Source: Reclinomonas americana ATCC 50394
Lineage: Eukaryota
Length of the DNA stretch: 37,085 nt
Reading direction: 5' to 3'
Assembly (NCBI GenBank): GCA_048213135.1
Contig: PS015035.1
Location: 147,146 to 184,230 of the forward strand
In this document: positions 35,156 through 37,085 of the stretch, piece after piece
How positions within the stretch are numbered: position 1 is the stretch's first letter
How the letters are laid out: each line of letters opens with the position of its first letter
Notes under the pieces: model-generated
Seen by the model: only the letters and a program-made list of their open reading frames with translations
Databases searched by the model: none
Told to the model about the DNA's origin: nothing
Position numbers and translations under genes: made by a program

Positions 35156-36411
35156 CTACACTGCTCCGGTGATGCGACTGCGATCCATCTGCGCCCGGTA
35201 GCCCTTGACCGACTTGGCCACCGAGCGACCGGCGCCGCACGAATGGCAGTCCACTCGATGCAGCCGAGTCGCTGCGTCCTTGCCGATCACCGTCAGCAGG
35301 GACTGACACGTGCTGCATCGCACGTACTCCTCGATGTATCGGCGAAGAAGCTCGGCCATGTCCTTCGCCTGTGCGCGGGGGAGGCGGAGAATGAGTGACA
35401 CCAGTTCGATATTCACATGCAGTTCTGCCAAACAATACCTTGTAGTGACCGCGCAGGAGCAGGCCGCCGCGCATGTCCACACTGCCCGTCGTCGCCAGCT
35501 CGAAGAGAATAAACTGCAGCAGGTGCTGCTGCCGATCCAGCGGCGTGCACGTCGACGTGACGGTCGTTGTCGTCGTCGTGCCTGTCGTCGTCCGAGCCTC
35601 CAACCTGTTCGATATATGTGCATCAGCATCAGCAATCATGACTTCTCTCTCTCTCTTTCTCTCGACCGAGCACTACGCAACGCCTCGCAGAACAGGTGAA
35701 AGTTGACAAAGCAGCAACGCCGACCGCCCACTCGCTCCATCACTGGAGCCGTGCGACTCGGCGTCGTTGTCGTCGATCGCGACGAAATCGAGCAGTTGTC
35801 TGCATCGTCGAGCGACGCAGCCGCCACGGGCAGCGCCCTGCGCGGCGCGTGATGTGCCGCAGACGTCCTCGCCGCCATGGCCACCATGAGACGGCTCACC
35901 AGAGTGCTGTACGAGTACAGGCCCGACATCACGTCCTCCTCGGCATCCTCGTCGTCCACAGCAGTCGTCGCGTCGTCTCCTCCTGTCGCATTCATCGCCT
36001 TCTTGCCTTCTCCACCACCACCGCCTGCGCCCTGCTTCTTGTCTTCGACCTCCTCTGCGCCCTTGTCGGCCTTCTTGCTCGTTGCGGTGCTGCGCTTCTT
36101 CTTCTTCTTCTTCCCGTCGAGAGCCAAAACTGGCACCTCGACATCGACTGCCTCCGGCGACTGCTTTGCCGGCTGAAGAATGCCCGGTCCACGCTTCTCA
36201 CCACCGCCCTCACCACCGCTCTCCGAGTCACCGACGGATGACATGTTGTCTCCGCAAGCAGCATCCTGTCGGAAAAAGAGTGGGAGGTGTGGGAGGTTGT
36301 CAGTGAGCAAGATTTCGGTAATAAAAAGAAAAAGACAACATCAATGCTCACCGCTGCGGCGCATGCTGCAGCTGATCTGCAGTTCATGGTGTTGTATGCT
36401 TGTCTGTTCAT
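35156..36411 (-). CDS. EIF2S2: Translation initiation factor eIF2-beta-like protein (eIF2B/eIF5 domain with C4 zinc ribbon), divergent
   Basis: Poly-Lys box (DGKKKKKKR), YSYSTLVSR, CFVNFHLFC, HLLQFILFELATTGSVD, LLRRYIEEYVRCSTC...CHSCGAGRSV. Introns at 36266-36351, 35604-35681 and ~35369-35438. Start is either 36411 or the in-frame ATG at 36244. Confidence 0.8.
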
Positions 36412-36524
36412 GGTTGTTGTCGTTGTTGTTGTTGTGCTCGTTTAAGTTACTCTCTTCTCTCTCTCAATGATGCAAAAATGACAAAATACACTTCAGCTCG
36501 ATCGGACAGACAGGATCTAATCGA

Positions 36525-37085
36525 TCAGAATGGCAAAACAACAGGGCGCGGGTAGCGTGCACGCAGGGGGACCTTGGAGGCGTTGAGCGGCGACAGGGTG
36601 AGTGGAAGATTGCGCGCATTCAGCGACGGCGACGAGAGCGGGGAGAGTGGAAGCGATCGCGAGCTGTCGGGATCGTAGTTGGATGGCGATCGTGCCGACG
36701 ACAATCCAAGCGAGTGTGGCGAGGCCAGCGATGAGGAGCCTGACGGAGACAACGCGGATAGGACAGTGGTGGTCGTTGACGCCGACAAGGGAGTCAGCGG
36801 CGAGATGGACGAGATGAAGGAGAGACGTCGGGGCGACGAGTCCACCGTGCCGTCCATACCGCCGTCGTCGGCATTGATCTCCAGTGGATCGCTGCGTGCC
36901 GACGACGAGAAGAAACTGCGTGCGTCGTCGTCGTCGTCGTCATCGTCGTCCTTGCTCCAGTCGTGCACGTCAAAGTCGAGCAGCACGCGGTCGAGCACCG
37001 AGTCGGGGGCGTGCTGGGGACCGCTGGGCGACGGCACTGTCAACGCACTCTCCGGAAAGCGGATCTGCACGCCGCGCCACCGACT
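36525..37085 (-). CDS. 3' end of an unidentified gene, Ser/Pro/Asp-rich low-complexity C-terminus
   Basis: Open minus-strand frame from near the window edge to a TGA at 36525-36527, with codon usage like the neighbouring exons; no recognisable domain. Confidence 0.55.
   Translation of the reverse strand, partial: SRWRGVQIRFPESALTVPSPSGPQHAPDSVLDRVLLDFDVHDWSKDDDDDDDDDARSFFSSSARSDPLEINADDGGMDGTVDSSPRRLSFISSISPLTPLSASTTTTVLSALSPSGSSSLASPHSLGLSSARSPSNYDPDSSRSLPLSPLSSPSLNARNLPLTLSPLNASKVPLRARYPRPVVLPF

Noticed and set aside
174-36351. Introner-like or transposon-derived intron family as the cause of the high intron density
   Set aside because: Beyond donor, branch and acceptor motifs and TG/CA runs, I saw no shared sequence, terminal inverted repeats or consistent target duplications between introns.

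Overview
Gappy scaffold from a GC-rich, very intron-dense eukaryote (a protist-like genome; I cannot assign the lineage). By hand I traced about 120 spliceosomal introns, mostly ~55-100 nt, usually with a CTCAC/CTGAC/CTAAC branch motif. There are four genes and one partial gene. (A) A giant minus-strand ARM-repeat / coiled-coil / ARM-repeat protein (~567-17008); two small contigs (1-546, 11447-12271) appear to be inserted backwards. (B) A ~14-kb plus-strand membrane protein gene with at least 73 introns (17754-32054): signal peptide, prokaryote-type SBBP beta-propeller module, Fn3, Pmp-like GGA(I/L) beta-helix, Cys-rich region and multi-pass TM domain. (C) WDR33/Pfs2 (32132-35042). (D) A divergent eIF2-beta-like gene (36411-35156). 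A Ser/Pro-rich 3' gene end lies at the right edge. The strongest unusual signal is in the splice code. About 22 of ~120 donors have a +1-shifted consensus, H|GTT-NN-GT (GTTGCGT, GTTTCGT, GTTGAGT and similar), and every one follows a non-G exonic base; none of the ~85 G|GT donors is shifted. This looks like a shifted-register 5' splice-site class, rare in humans, used here as a routine second class. Also notable: a probable 2-nt micro-exon, a micro-exon cluster, and an exact 98-residue repeat in the coiled coil. All exon calls are manual and have no transcript support.
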